Assembly (NCBI GenBank): GCA_977016875.1
Contig: CDRNST010000214.1
Coordinates: forward strand, 4,278,001-4,342,000
Source of the DNA: Pavona decussata
Taxonomy: Eukaryota
Reading direction: 5' to 3'
Length of the DNA: 64,000 bases
Shown here: positions 36,192 to 51,269 of the stretch, one piece after another
How the letters are laid out: each line of letters opens with the position of its first letter
Position numbering within the stretch: position 1 is the stretch's first letter
Made by a program: the position numbers and the translations under genes
Notes under the pieces: generated by a model
Databases searched by the model: none
Seen by the model: only the letters and a program-made list of their open reading frames with translations
Told to the model about the DNA's origin: nothing

Positions 36192-39100
36192 GCCTTTCTT
36201 CTTCAGGGTATGTTTGAGACTGACCCTGTGGCAAGATACGTTAAAATTTTGTTTGTCATGTTCATGAGAAAGGGGGTGTCTTCGATACCCCCCGCCCCCC
36301 TTCGCTAGACAAGGTGGGTCCTCTTCGAATAAACTTGAAACTTATTATGGCCAGTTGCCTCAGGCTCCGTCCACAATAATCTCCATCAAATTGAAAACAG
36401 TGGTTTTGCCCCGGACGCACATCAAATGTTTTCCGTCTACACTATCCGTCCACATTATTTAATGCTCCATCACTTCCAGAAACGGTAAAAAGCACGGTGG
36501 GGAACCGTGCACAAATAGCTCTATTTTCACCGTCCGCGCTAAAACACCTAGCCCCCTTTAAACATTTATTCACTATAGAACCATTTTTGGTGGACGTAAA
36601 TGCTGTGTAGTGCTGTGTTAACCCTAAGTTTCTTTTTGTATTTCAACAACCCTTGCCGAGATTTCCTTTTCAGGCATAGTCATAAACCGCACAAAAATAC
36701 TTTAGCTTGAGTCACGAGTTTCTCGGGCCATCCTAAAATGCGCAGTATGTATGCGCAATAGCAAAAGGGGGGCACTGTCCTTAAATTATACCACACCCAA
36801 ATGTCGTTTAGACAAGAAGCTATGTGTAACCTATACTCGTGCCGTAATTCTTCTTGCAAAACAACGGCGACATTGCACGGCACGTTGTTGAAAGCGTGCA
36901 TCACCTCGCCCAGATCTAACGCATCCATGCACAAAAGATCGCGAAAGCAAGAACAGGAAAAACGGACCCGAAAAGTTGACTCTTTGCCGCACCGGCACGA
37001 GTAAAAATATTACAGAGAGAGAATATTGATCACGATGGACCTAAACAACATATAGACAGATCCTGGCCTTTCATTTAGCATGCAGAATATCAAGCCTCCA
37101 GTTCAGTAGTTAATCTCTTCAACTGAAAGCCACTGATAACAAAATAAATTAAGACTGCGCGTGGCCTGACGTCATCTCAGGTTGTTAATTGATGGAAGAC
37201 GTTTTTTTCTGATATTGACTCTAATCTGTTTACTATGGAACTTTGCCACACTAAATGTTGGAAACCGCGGGGAAGTTTTCTTCGCGTGTCTTTCTTTTGA
37301 AGAAGGATGGGTTGTCACAAAAAGCTTTCAAGCTATAATCCTTTTTCATTACTGTTATAAGTTATTTCTTATTTAGAAACTTTGTTTGCGAGCAGGTTAC
37401 TGTGAAAGCTGATAAGTATAAGAAGTATAAGAGACATGAAGAAGCCTCAGTTCTTGTTTAAGATTATTAAAGCGAATTAACACACAAGTGGGGATGAAGA
37501 TCACACCGAGGGGCTGATAACAGAGATTTCCCGATAACCTGAAAGAATTCCGGCTTATTGAGAACAAAACCTATTTTATCACTGAGCGATTTGACTGCCA
37601 GACAAAGCAGGCAAAAGAGTTTTGGAGTAACTCTGAAAAAGATAGATTGGTAAGTACTGCTACAACTGACATGGACTTGCAAATAGCACGCCCTAGCAAA
37701 GTTACTTCGAACATGCGCTATAGCAAATCTGCAGATTAGAAACTTATCGTCGAATATTGAACCACGCACACTAAAGGGATAAAAATAAACAGCGCCATCT
37801 TTCTTCACCTCAATTCGTTGAGCAGAAACGTGCTAATTGTTTGCATTCTTAGAGATTTTCAAATAATGTTAAAGTAACTATTTCGAATCCTTAGTCATCC
37901 AGAATGTTAGAACACCGGGACTCGTACCGTACCTGGCAAGTGAACACCTTAATTTAAGGCCAGTCGATTCATCGGTTAGGTTGGCGATTCAAGATGCAAA
38001 GCTGACTCGCCAAAGGAAAATGGCATTTCCTATCTAAATTGAAAACAGCGTATTGCTTGCGTGATAAATGGCTTAGCTGACTTGATGATCTGTAAATTCT
38101 TCCGGATTTTCAAGAACTTCGACCTGATGATAAATTATACCTTAATTACTCCCTCCACATCATGCAAGTGAAAACAAATTGTTTGCTAAAGGTAGTTACT
38201 TCGAATCCTGTTTTCACACATCGAAGAGAACGAGCCTTTACAAATAAATCTCTCAAAACAATCGTCAAAAGAACTTTTCTTATTACTTTCTCGAAGCTGT
38301 GTAAACTGAATTACCATACGCGGAAAATATGCCAGCTGCTTTGCATTCGGGTTTTGCATGCATATTTCCAACTGAAGGGTTCAAAAAAAGCCTGGTTTTC
38401 GAATACTACAAAGTACAATATGACGTCAACGTGATTATGATGTGCTTATACCTATTGACAGCGTAATGTGAAAAACAAACGCAAATCCCATCCATAAAAT
38501 CACTTCTTATACAATACAAATTGCGTTAGCAAACCTACAATTAAACATCACTTGTACGTACAATACAATAAAGCTAGTTTAATAGAAAACCAGTTTTCTC
38601 TCTCTCCCTCTTTCTAATTCTAAACACGCACCAGAGAATTTCGTAATCAGACAAGCACAAGATTCTTCATGTGGCATACCTAAAATTACGTTCAATCACT
38701 TCCGAGTAAGTTAGCAAGTTCCTCTCATAATGGTTGTTTGTCTGTCAAAAAGCATGTTAATTAGGTAAGCCAGCATTCTCTCGACCCTCATATAGTGATT
38801 AAAAGGCAAGCCATTTTCAAAACATTGGGGGTTCTAGCAAGCCTTGAATAACAATGATTCCATCTTAGTTTGGCGAGGAATTCGTTAACTCGGCGTCCAG
38901 TTCTTTCAAAGATACCTCGTTTCTAATACGATAGGCTACTGGATCTATACATGGAAGCAATAAAAACGCTTACCTGCGAGGCGCGATATCTTTTTCGAGA
39001 GCGTTTGATTCTATCCTTCTCAGTACTGTATAGCTCTTCAGCATCAACTCTGCGTGGTACTTCGCTGTAGTTAGAAGCTCTTAAATGCGAAGGTTTAAAA

Positions 39101-40055
39101 TTGGTTACAGATGCTTCAGCTGTTTTTTGACCCCCCTTTCGCAAACGTCGGCTAAACTAAGTACTGTCAGAAGGGGATTTAATTAATTTCGCAGTATTTC
39201 CGTCTCCCACCTGTTTTATCTTAACTGCTTACTCACTTAATACTGCTATGAATTAGAACTCAAACCTTCCGTATGTCAAGACCTCCAAACGCACTATTTA
39301 CATTCATTTCACCAATTCAAATCATCAAGTGTTGTGATGTGCAAACCTCCGAGAATTCCTCTTTCCATCGAAAAGTGGGCTTTACTTTTTTATGGGTCGA
39401 ATTCAAGAGCAATGAGTCTCAAGGTTTCAGAATATAAAATTTGGCTTCCATTCGTCGAGGGCATGAGATGCGGGGGAAGGAGAACTCTCCAAATGAGACT
39501 AATAGGGATTCATGTTAAACATGCTTATGCGTCTTTGGAGGACTAATTCTGATTTCAGTTTCAAATTTCCATCATTAGGAGGTTTTTCTTTTTAATAGAA
39601 TTTGTAAACATCAGGGCTACAGATCCCATGTTAATTCCTGTCTTAAGCCACACTCAAGAAAACGAGATCAGTTTGCTGACTTTGAGGGTACTAGTTGATC
39701 GTCAAAACTGTTGGCCAAAACCCTCCTAACCTCGGAAGCAAGCCGCTGTGAGCAGAATCGAATGTTTCTAAGCCGGACCAGCTGTGTGATGGTTATGAAA
39801 TTATATCAAATACATGCGCCTCAACCGCAACATTTTCATCCCAGCTCTAATATTGTTCACAGGTTTACACTCAGGAATGCACTGGAAAAATGGAGAAAGC
39901 CCTTTCACTCCTCAGTAGGAGGTTCAAAATAAACTGTTCTATAAAATTCCCGCAAATCTCAAATGGAAAAAGGCTACAAAACACTGGAATAACAGTATTT
40001 GAATTGAATGCCATGATCACACAGTGAGCCTCGAATATCATCCAGATAATTTCCC

Positions 40056-40429
40056 GGGGAAGTATCACGAAAATTTGATGTCATTTCAAAACCCAGAAAG
40101 GTTTGTCTGACAACAGAAACAAAAAATTATTGTCTAGTTTTGTTATAAATTAACCCCCCAGTGCAATAAAACTGTCGATTAGTGCCTCTGGCTAGAGACA
40201 GAGTCGGCCGGTATGGATTGAAGCTTGAAAAATGCTAGGCTAATGTTTTTCAAGTTCTCGCTTAAATTTGCTTCCAAAATGAACTAGAACAGCCGGGATA
40301 CGTGTTGTTCCTGTCAAGAATTGAGTTGATTTCTCTCCTCTCGTTGTTCTAGAATTATTTTGGAGCAAAGTGAAGGTCTTATTTCACCATTTTTAACAAA
40401 AGAGGTCAAAAACCCCATGATACTTCCCC
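40056..40429. mobile_element. Kolobok-like MITE, copy B
   Basis: GGGGAAGTATCA...TGATACTTCCCC|TTAA; homologous to 29483-29847. Confidence 0.7.
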
Positions 40430-42557
40430 TTAAGTTTGGGAGTGGAATGGGTAACCCTTTCACCCTTAAAAAAATTAGAACAATTAACAGTAATATCAGT
40501 AGCCTGCAGAGTTAGAAGTTGAAGCCGTAGCAGTAACATGAAGACCTAAAATCTGCCCCTATACTTTTATCTGATTCGCTCCTGCTCTAGTTGATGTGAA
40601 ACAGCGGAAAAACGTGTCATAAGCCCTGGACTTAACAGTATATCTTGTAGCGATCTGCTCTCGGCGATAATGTAACTTAAATTTCCATAAACAGTCTACT
40701 TGTCTGTTTTTTTAACTCTAGCATTTGATAAATCCTATGCACAACATCCTTACCGGAACGGATACACTGGGATATTCATGTGTGTGTGTGTAGGTTCATA
40801 AGAATAGCCAGCATTAAGTTAACACGGAGAGAAATCGAGTCAACAGCACTGCAATGGGTGATTCTGCCTTAAATTTGTTACGTAATTTAAGGACGTTTTC
40901 TCGAAGAAACCACTGATGAAAAAGATGATCGCCAATGCGGGTTGCAACTTACAGTCATGAACTGGCAAGAGGTTGGCAATTAGATGTTTTTACAAAACCC
41001 TCTAAAGTTTCCTGAATTAATGTTAACAATACCAATTGACAGTCGATAACATCGATAGCCCCAGCTAATTAATTTGAGAAAGGTGAAATGAAAAGAAAAA
41101 AAAAATTTTATCAGTGGAATTTGACTCCGCTTATCGCTTCAGCAGATGTAATACAAACAATCTTCACTCAAAACTAAGCTTTTGATCACTGACGGATCAG
41201 CGAGGTCCTTGAGTATTTAAATTTATGATCCTTTTTTCTTAGATATTTAAAACTTATGGGTTTATTTTCAGTCCTTTAAAACATGTAAACATTAAGCTGT
41301 TCACGGATCAACAGAGTCCTCTAGTTTTAAATTTCATTGTGTTGTTCGCTACTTTCCAGGTCGTGGGATTTTCCAATTTCAGGTTAGGTTCTTCTACTGT
41401 AATTGAGTTAGCCCTTTACTGGTTAAAAATAGAAAACAGTTTTTCCTCGTTAACGAGTTCTTTCACAGTTATGTTGAGTGTATTACCAAAACCTCAAAGA
41501 GTGGTTCTATGTAGAATCTACAGAACAACGGACAATTGCAAGGTGCGGTCAATAAGCCATGGAAACTGTATCATATTTCTGTAGTTATATACGAAGAAAC
41601 AAGGATTTCAACCAGTCAGCTTGCGCTTTATGTAAAGGCTATTTTCGAAATCGAATTAAACACAAGTGTGGCTTGCCTATAAAATCCTCTTTGTTTGTTT
41701 ACGAAGCTGAAATTTCAACATTGGGATGTTGTCAGAAAATGCCTCGAGTTGGGCTAATAACTTCATCGAGAATAAACCGATCACTCAATCCAAATTTAAC
41801 TGATGACGTTGCTGTTACTCCCGCTTCACCCCGCCCCTTAACAAGATGCCCTCTCCAGCGACCCGTAGCGGAGAGCATCTACACCCTTCCCTATCACCTG
41901 TTTCGGCCATATTACCTCTACGTATAACTAAGCTGAGAATTTTTAGAGCTGTGAAGAGAGTGAGGAGAAGAAAAGATGTACGTGCGTGGCAATGAAGAAG
42001 TGTGTTGATATACATTTACATTCCTGTAAATCCGAAAAATCAGCAGATTGTATGATATTTAGTAACGTCTCATCTACAAACGGTTTGGAAGAACATAAAG
42101 CGATTTAAAGCACATACTTTCTCATGAAGATTTTAGATTCCATTCAGTTACAGTACTTAGGAAAATATAAGGTTTGTATAAACAACAAATAATAAAGAAA
42201 GAAATCGATACCTTCCACATCAGCTGCTATTGTTTTTAGGGTTGGGGGTATTATTCTGTTGTTTGTTCTATTGTTTTCCAAAAGGGTTGCAAGCCAATCA
42301 CGTGAGACCTTATGTGATGTTTTTGGGAATCCTTTACGGGGCTACGTGTGTAGTATTCTCTAAAATCACTCGACAATCTTGTGAAACGGGAGCGACGATT
42401 TTACAAATGATCGTAGCCAGATGAAAGCTTGAATGAATTTTGTTATAATCGAAAGATAAAAGTTTTCCGTATGAACAGTCCTAGCAGTATGCAGGATGAA
42501 CCTAGTTTAATGGACCTAGTTTAATGAACCTAGTTTAATGGCTTTAGCCCCCACGAG

Positions 42558-42630
42558 TCTCCTGTAGCTCAGTGGTAGAGCATCCGATCTAGTAATCGGA
42601 AGGTCTTAGGTTCGACTCCTGATAGGAGCA
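42558..42630 (+). pseudogene. tRNA-Thr(AGT)-like sequence embedded in a repeat (pseudo-tRNA / SINE-related)
   Basis: TCTCCTG-TA-GCTC-AGTGGTA-GAGC-A-TCCGA-TCTAGTAA-TCGGA-AGGTC-TTAGG-TTCGACT-CCTGA-TAGGAGC-A folds as a cloverleaf with an 8-nt anticodon loop and a mismatched first pair. It is followed by TTTTTT and preceded by three 14-bp repeats (ATGAACCTAGTTTA). Confidence 0.7.
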
Positions 42631-43382
42631 CGCCGATTTTTTCCGAGTATGCTGTGTCATTTACTGATTAATATATCATTCTCAGTTATGTAAGTAGTTT
42701 TATATCTTGGAAGTGGAATATATGAAACATATGTTTGAACTGCGGATTAAAGAAAGAATAAATGAGAGACCTCTACAGTTATGCACGGAACTTAAGCCTG
42801 AGTAGCGAAAACGCACCCTTAAAAGATCAGTTTTGAGCGTTCAAGCCTGAATTTTTTTTCAGGCTTTCGTTTCGCAGCTGCTTAAGGTTGTGTTCGATTG
42901 ACCGTAATCCGGAATAAGAATAAGCGGAATAGTTGTTAGATTTCTTCTTTACGTAAATTTGGGAAGATATTTTTGCAAACGTTTGCAGACACATGATAAT
43001 TTTAGGGCTATTTGTGCACTTCAGCAACTCCATAAACCTCTTACGAGAGATTTCTTGTCTTCATTGATTGTATTCCTTTTCCGGAATAGGATCAATCGAG
43101 CACACCCTCATTTGCGAACATACTTTGATGGTCTCTTGTTTATTCACTAGTTTTATCTTCATCCACCAGTCCACCAAAGCCTGCCAAAAATAACATACAA
43201 GCATCCGGCTCTTGTAAATGATTTTCGGGTTAAGCATGATCCTTGGCCAGCATTGTACACATGCCCAATACAAATAAAAACAAACCGAGAAAACAAAAAA
43301 AAGTAACAGCGTGAAACGACTTAGTACCTACCTTTTAATGGCGGTCGGCAAAACGTAAACTAGGCGTAAAAAAGAACGTAAA

Positions 43383-43647
43383 AGTAATTTGTTTATCCAC
43401 GGAGTACCAGAGAGCTCTCTAGAAACTTGTTCAAAGGTGACTGTGCGTTTCAGGCCGAATTGGAATTTGGTAATGTTGGTTTTTGTGGAGGGACTGAAAA
43501 CCGGAGATCGCGGAGAAAAACCCTCGAAGCAAGGACGGGAACCAACAACAAACTCAACCCACATATCAGTGGTGTCAACGCCAGGAATCGAACCCGGGCG
43601 ACATTGGTGGGAAGCGAGTGCTCTCACCACTGCGATATCCTTGCCCC
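43383..43647 (-). mobile_element. tRNA-derived SINE with V-domain-like core
   Basis: - strand A box (GCAGTGGTGAG), B box (GGTTCGATTCC), core GGGTTTTTCTCCGCGATCTCCGGTTTTC, and 3' tail GTGGATAAACAAATTAC. Confidence 0.8.
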
Positions 43648-43897
43648 GGTGCATTCGGCAGAGAGTTTACATTTTCTCTGTTGATTTCTAGGAATCCTAA
43701 TGGGGATATCACGAACAACCAACCAATAGAATTTGATGTGAAGTTAAGTAAACGTGGTTTAGTGTCTTGCTACTCACAACCGACTGAAAATGTGTGCAGA
43801 CCCGTATCCGAGTCAAATTTGGTGCCCGAGTACATTGTTTCGACCTCAGCCTGCATGTGCGGGAGAGATTTTCTTACAAGCGAGCGCGAGGATTAAA

Positions 43898-44063
43898 NNN
43901 NNNNNNNNNNNNNNNNNNNNNNNNNNNNNNNNNNNNNNNNNNNNNNNNNNNNNNNNNNNNNNNNNNNNNNNNNNNNNNNNNNNNNNNNNNNNNNNNNNNN
44001 NNNNNNNNNNNNNNNNNNNNNNNNNNNNNNNNNNNNNNNNNNNNNNNNNNNNNNNNNNNNNNN
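43898..44063. other. Assembly gap (N run)
   Basis: Run of N. Confidence 1.
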
Positions 44064-47000
44064 TATTTGTTTAACTGCTATTGTCTTATTTACCTTTATG
44101 TTAATTCAGAGCCTGCATTGTGTGAAAGTTTTTACACCCAGCGAACCATGTACGGACCAGAGCCCTTGCACTATAAGACAACTTTTGGAGGTAGTGTTCG
44201 TACCCGCGGCATCCCGCTTGACTGACATATTAACGACAAAAACATACGCGCCCATTGATACCCGTGCCTGATCACTCCCTAGGAACTGAAGTCTTATTGG
44301 GGCATAAGAGCAAGGCGTGTTTGGCACTCAATCAAGAGAACACTGATCTTCTGGTTTCCCATTTAAAACAGTGCCCCAGTTAAAGATCTCATTCCGCATG
44401 TACTCGGTGTATTGATGAGTACACCCCAATTTTGGCGGCACCGATTTTTGACAATTATTCTGCGGAATGGAGTCCTATAGATATAGCTATATGAATTCAT
44501 AGCAAACTCGGTAATTCAGTTGAAGCCGTTTCTAGCCAAAAGTCGATTTCCTGTGAGCCTGAAGAAGGAACCTTTACAGAACTGTCAGTTTGCCATATCA
44601 CTGCAACCTTATCAGACTTTACTCCCACGCACCAGGCAAAACGTCTCAGTTTCCCAGTTCATTGAATAATGGATTTCAATCCATTTTAAGATCTTTTTTT
44701 GCAAAAAAAAAAAATTCTCATTAACTAGCTTGTGATCAAGAATAAATTTTTTTAAAAAGAGGGGATAACCAAAGCGGCATGCTTGTTCAATGTTTTCGCT
44801 TTAATTTACTCTGGGCGTATAAAGATCGCCTTTTTCCGCTGCAGTTTAATTATATTAATTAGTCTCTATTGCACTTATCATAATGGAATAGCATATAATC
44901 TAGTTAGCATAAATGATAAATGAGCTGATTTTGAAATATTTCTTATTAAATGTCGTCGTCGATCCTTAGTTAATACACTCAATAGCTCTTCCTTCCGGAC
45001 ATAATTGGCTCTGGAAACCACACATTATAGGTCAACCGCTAAGGCTCTTCGAATGTGATTGGTTTAAATCGATCACGTGACATGATAATCTTCCATCCGC
45101 GCCGCGAGTTCGTAGAAACCGGTAACTATGTTTGGAAGGACCACCGCGTAAAAAAATAAAAGTACCGAGAACTCATCTGCGAAATATTCTCCCGTTCTTC
45201 GGCTTTTTTTAAATTCATTTAGAAAAATTTAGGAACTCAAGCTTTCGTCTGAGCCGTCAAATGGGTGAGCTGAAAATGCGAAATGCAAGATTCAATGATG
45301 TTCTCTTCGAAACAAAATTTTAGTGGTGACATCCGGCATTGGTAATTAATAAAGTGCTTCCGTTTCCGAACAATCGGCTAATAGTCTCCCTTGAAAATTG
45401 ATATTCTTAAAACTAGAATATATGCTTTATTTCAAGAACGTCAAACGAAAAAGTTCCATAAATGGAGGGGTAGTTAATCATGTCTAATGTAGGAGGGGGG
45501 TGGGGGTAAGATCTTATACTTCCATTGTGCAGATATCTCCAAGATCTGTTTGGTGTCCAAATGTTACACAGATTGACCCAATATTGAGCGCGTAATGACT
45601 TCTTGTGCCATATGGCACTCTTGGGAGTGAGAGGGTTAAAGGATGTTTATAAATTTATAAATTTCGTGGATTAAATACTCAAATGTGACACTTCAAGTGG
45701 AAACTACTGAATGGTACTTTCCCGTAACGTGCTGGTATTCCTTCTGAGCCCCGACTATTAAAAACTCCAGTATTGTTACATCCACCGGCTAAACGCCATT
45801 TTAAAACATCACGCCATCATCATCTAACATGCTAAACGCTTTAGCAATGTTGGACAAACTAGTTTTGTTCATCAAAGTTCTACAGTCATGACTGAATGGC
45901 CATTCTCAGTAGTCTGATTGCTTGTCAACTCTCCGTTTTGCCTATTTATAGTTTGTCAGGTCGGACTTTTTAGTTCAGTCAAGCATATTAAAATACTTTA
46001 ATTCAATTATGAGACTGTTTCCGTTTCACTTCCATTCCTAGCGTGCATATAGGGTGGCATTAAACTCAAAGTGTGTGCGAAATCCTCAGCTATGACCATT
46101 CAAATGAAAGCCATGAGTTCAGCGCTATCTTCCTCTCCTGCTCTCCGTTTCATAATATTTTTCGAGGAAAAAATTCATTCATCCAGTCTGAAATCTGCTC
46201 GCGCCATTACTCTTGAGAAAGAAAGGATTAATTCATAATTCTCTGTTAGTAAAACAGGGGCGTCAGATGTTCTTGTATTTGTAGCTGTCTACAGGCTTTT
46301 CAGCAGACATTCTGAAAACTAACTAAAAACAATCTTTTGTTTTCTTTGTTCCGTCCGTCTTTTTTTTTTTAAATAGTTGTGAAGTAAAATCTATACGACC
46401 TGTTCTGGTTGGCAAAAAAAAAAATACAAAATTACTGAAAAAACAACAAAAAAAAAGTGATAAAAACCGTAAAATCCTGTTCTCTGAAGATGACATTGTC
46501 ATGAGCCAAATTAAGCGAAAATTCTTTTTCCGAGTGATTTAAGAAGGAGAGGATTTGAGAGCTACGTAGACACGATACCTTTATCTGTTTTTGTTGTGAA
46601 ATGTTTTTTCTCTGTTTTTTTTTTTTTGTTTTCATCTTCATCTACCAATTTAGAAAGGTTTGTTGCATTGTTTTGTTGTTAAAGTACACATGAAAATTTC
46701 CGAACAAAGCAAAAAGAAGGAGAAAGAAAGATCAAGAAAGAGAAAAATGCACGTGGATGTTAGCCAAGAAAAATGACTGTTTTCCGGACTACGCATCTGT
46801 CAATGGTCCAAGATTTAGTTCCCGATAACGTAATTCCTTTTAAGTAAGTTATTTATAAAGTAAGAAAACCTGGTGTTTCGTGCAAAGTCAAGCAGCGCAT
46901 GTCAGAAACAAGAATAAAATGAACTGGCTCGGTCCTCTACAAGTTGATACAAAATTTACAAAAGTCTATATGGCGAAGTCGGAGGAGCCTGACTGCATTA

Positions 47001-49681
47001 ACACTCAACAAGGAGTTTTCGAAACTTCCCGTGATATTAAAACTAGCAAAGTTAAGTGAGAATATGTTCTTTTCACTCACGGGAACCTACACAATGTTGC
47101 ACGATTTCGACAGTGACGAAAACCGTGAATGATCACATCAGAGAATTTATGTAAGTTGTCCGGCATGTCCGCTTACTATCCAGACTTCTTTTCAGTTTTT
47201 CCAGCTTTTTATTGGCCGACACGCAATTTAATGCGCACTTCGACAAGACTAAGTTGTGCAGCCTGATTTTAACAATTATGAAAAGTTCTTCCTTGTTTTA
47301 ATGAGCACTCTCATCCGGCTTCTTAGTGAACTTAACGCTAGAGACACTTTGCTTCTGTTTTAGTTTTAAAACTCTTTCAACTTGTTGCCTGATTCTTCTC
47401 TTTCCGTTACTGAAGTGCATGACCGACTCTCGTGCGTTAACTAACCAATCGCTGCTATAATATTTACAGCTTACCTTTGTGTAGTATATTTCTCACTGTC
47501 TGGACCTCTTCAAAGCAGACGCACTCAATCTAAAGTTTCCCTCAATTTGCAGCTCCTCTGGAGGTTACGAACCACTCTGAACGCTTTCTACGTCTGATCC
47601 CCGCTGTCGGATTCATGACCGTAATATGACAAAAGGTATGAACTATGGACGCCTCAGCGCACGTACCACGCAGGATCGCGCAGATTATCGATAATACTCC
47701 CGATTAGACATTCCTCAGAATATTGATCTCAAGAGCTTCTTTACTGTTTTACACTGTAAATTCCATTTGGACGAGAATGAATTCTTTGTCGTATTGCCAG
47801 CCGTGTTAATTGGACTTCTGTATTTGACCCCGTTATAAATGCCGTTCGCGTTGCCCCACATGGACAGGGGTTTACCAGGGCGTGCACTGCCTTGATAGGG
47901 GCGGCGACCGATTGTTTATCTCGATAGCTATCTTTTTAATCTAATTAAAAACGAACAGAGATATGGATTTATATACCCCTGGTGATTAAGAAGGTTGACC
48001 TGCGTTCATGATAAGAGGTAATCTCACGACTCTCGTTAGAGACCAGAGTGTGTGTCCTGTTGAATTTTGTAGACTGATTCTATTTGCGTTAACAGGTTTA
48101 AGTTATTTTTGTGAAACCTTATTGAACGCGAAAGAGCCCGCGTGAAAAGGCCTTCGATGTTGATCGCCTTGATAAATTAATCTAAGATAAAATTCCAGTT
48201 TGTTCTCAGAGGATTTGTACTTGCCTGCTGTCTCCTTAGCATGCAGACAAATTGTTTTTGGCAACCAAGGCCAAGTTCGTGCCCAACTTTATCAGTTTAT
48301 CAGTAATTAGTGCTAACTTCAACAGAACCCTGAATAGACCTGCAAATACCCAAAACAATTAATTATAGATTGACCTTTCAATAATGTGGAAATTCACATA
48401 TATAAATACATGCATGCATTAATATTACAGGACACAAGCTCAGCTCACAATTGCGCAGTCGCAAAAATTTCCTGCTGTGATACATTAGTATATCAAAATT
48501 CTACTTCATTTTAAATTTAATAAGGCCTAGGTGTTTTTTTCTATTCTCTTCTTAACCGGGAATAGATTGAAACAGGATAGGCAGACACTAAAAAACCATG
48601 AGAATGTGAAACTCAGAATAGATTACCGTGTGAAAACTCACCAGTAAAATATATCATTTCAGCGTCTGTTTAATAGCCAGAGCAACGCCATGGGCAAAAA
48701 AAGCAACTAGACTGAAATCTGCCGACAGATTGAGACAGAAATACCGAGACTATAAGCCTGAGAAGTTAAGAACGTTGACATTTCACTGACTCACTTCAGT
48801 TATGAGAAATTAAGCAACTGCAGCCCGGAAGAGGAATTAATTTATCCGTTAAGGAAACTAGAGAAATGCGCTTCTTTAACTATAATTAGTTTTTTTTCCA
48901 AGATTTAATCATCATATGGGCAAAGACAACCGGTTTAGCTATTTCAGTTTCTGCTAACCCTCTTTAGGATTGATCTCCTCATTCAGTGTCGTTATTTCCG
49001 ATTTCCATTACAGTGTAGGTAGGATCTACATACTCACAGACAGTGAACGTCTGCTGCGACCTTTCATCTGAGAGAACAGTATGCCTGGATGGCGCACAGT
49101 GGCACGCATTCAGAGTTGTTCACTTTGCTGGCATTTTGTAAAGCAAGATTTTTCTTGTCACAAACTGATTAAGAAGATACTGATTTCGTTTTCAATGTTA
49201 ACTTTCAAAGTATTTTCCGTTGTCGCTTTTATGATTTCGATTGTATGACTGTTTTGTTTTCAGTCAGTCATGGTACTGAGATCAGACGTGCTTATGAATG
49301 CCTGACTCGTGCGGCTGTCATTTTTTTACTTCCATTATTATTATTTATGGTGTGCTTTTCAATAATCTTTAGAAACCTGGTAAGCTGTTTGTTTTTTCGT
49401 GTTCTTACAACAAAATTGACTCCCGTTATACAGAGATTAAGTCGGGAACAGAGCGGAGCCTCAAACCGAGAGAGCTGTGGCACGACTAAGCAGAAACAAA
49501 TGCCCCTCTCCCCCTTCCCCTTCTCGGCCCGTTGGTTTTCAACAGGATCATGAAACATCCGCAATAGCTGAGAATACTAAGGGCGCATTCTTTCGCCGGG
49601 AAAAAATGAATCTGGCTGTTCTTATTCCGGTTCAGGAATAAGAAAATACACAGAATATCAATTCCCAAAAGAAAACAATTA

Positions 49682-49840
49682 CAGTCGAGCCTCCCGTAAG
49701 CGGACACCCTTGGGGCCAGAAAAAGTGTCCGCTTGAGAGGTGTCCGCTTATAGGAGATTAAAAATGTGGTGTTTGTATGTAGCTGAGAATATGACCAAGT
49801 GACCGCTTACGGAAGGTGTCCGTTAGCGGAGGTTCAACTG
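49682..49840. mobile_element. Tc1/mariner-type MITE nested in another MITE
   Basis: TA|CAGTCGAGCCTCC...GGAGGTTCAACTG|TA, with internal GTGTCCGCTT repeats. Confidence 0.85.
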
Positions 49841-50443
49841 TACACCAGAAAAGCTTACCAAAAGAACGCAATTTCTCTTCCTGTTCTGAGCAGAAATTAT
49901 CTGTTCCGTTCATTCGTTTATTAAGGAAAGAATGAATGAAATACATACTATTCTATTCATTCTGAACACAGAACAGATCCCAGAAGAGCATGAATACTGT
50001 ATATTCACTTTATTTCCTTCAGTGTGTTCTAAGTCACGTGACTTTAATCTTGACAACTATTGCTATCCGCCATGTTGGTATACAAACAAAGTCATCTGCC
50101 AAAGAGCGCGCACTGAGAAGTCTTGTTCGAGAATTTCCCGTTAGTCGTGTAGGTTAAATTTTCATGTCTCAGCCGAAGGTACTGTGTTTAATATAAGTTT
50201 AATAGTTGGTTGTGGCAACAGAAGCTCAAGAGATTTCTCTGATTTTTTCCACATATCGTTTCCTGACAACTCCCTCCAGCTTCTCGCCCTATTCAGAGAG
50301 TAAAGATTTACTTTTTTCTTCCCCAAAAAGATGCATCAAAACTTTGGATGTACACCATCATGCAGGGCCTCGCTTTGAAACACAGATTGACGTTACGTGA
50401 AAGCACACTGTTTTGGAATAGTCCCCAATGGAACACACCCTAA

Positions 50444-50938
50444 GGTTATGTTCACACTGTACCAGCTCCAAATGTATCCTGTACAAAACTCGGGCCGGAT
50501 AGACCATGCAGACTCAGTAATTTTCTACCTTGAGTGTTTTTTTTCTATAGGAGAAATATACATAAATAAATAAATACTTTGATTGATTAATTGATCAAAC
50601 AGGGGAATGGTTTCCACTTCTTTCGGCAATTATGTCACTTGCCAGCGGATTTGAAGTAAATCGCAGGCTCCAGTAAATCGGTGGGATTGCCTTGAGGCAA
50701 CAAAACAGCCCTTAAATGACGAAAACATCGAAACAAAGCAAAAACGGATGTACAACAACATAAAAGAATGAAAACCACTTAATCTTGTTGCTGTCTGTGC
50801 CTGATTTACTGTGAAAAAGCTAGCTTGCTCATGTTGATCCAGTATTGGACCGGTCCCGTGTGGACAGACGCTCGTAAAAGCGTAAACAGACCCGTTTTAG
50901 ACCGAATAGATTTAGAACTGGACCGTGTGAACATAGCC
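50444..50938. mobile_element. PIF/Harbinger-type MITE
   Basis: TAA|GGTTATGTTCACAC...GTGTGAACATAGCC|TAA. Confidence 0.75.
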
Positions 50939-51269
50939 TAAAACTTTAAAACTATACAGCTATGTAACTAGTACTTAGTTAATTTCTATTGCTCCGTTTC
51001 ATCATTAAAGAAGGTTATGTTTTAAACAAATGAATAACCAAACAAATCAGCAAATCTAATAGAACTCAATGAACAGATCAGTACATTATTGAATGTTCCT
51101 AAAGGCGCATTCTTTTGGGGCTATTCCAGAATAGGAATACACGGAATTGACAGTATTCACCTGTTCTTTTGGACAACTGAAACACCTTTTTTTTAGAACG
51201 AACAGAATAGTATTCCGTTCATTTCCCCCCGATAGTAGAATGGCTGGAATACAGTTTACTTAGAATTAG

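Noticed and set aside
41861-41885. miR-100-like ACCCGTAG
   Set aside because: Only the first 8 nt match, the rest differs, and no precursor hairpin is evident.
43328-43691. Overlapping ~100-aa ORFs
   Set aside because: They lie within a SINE.
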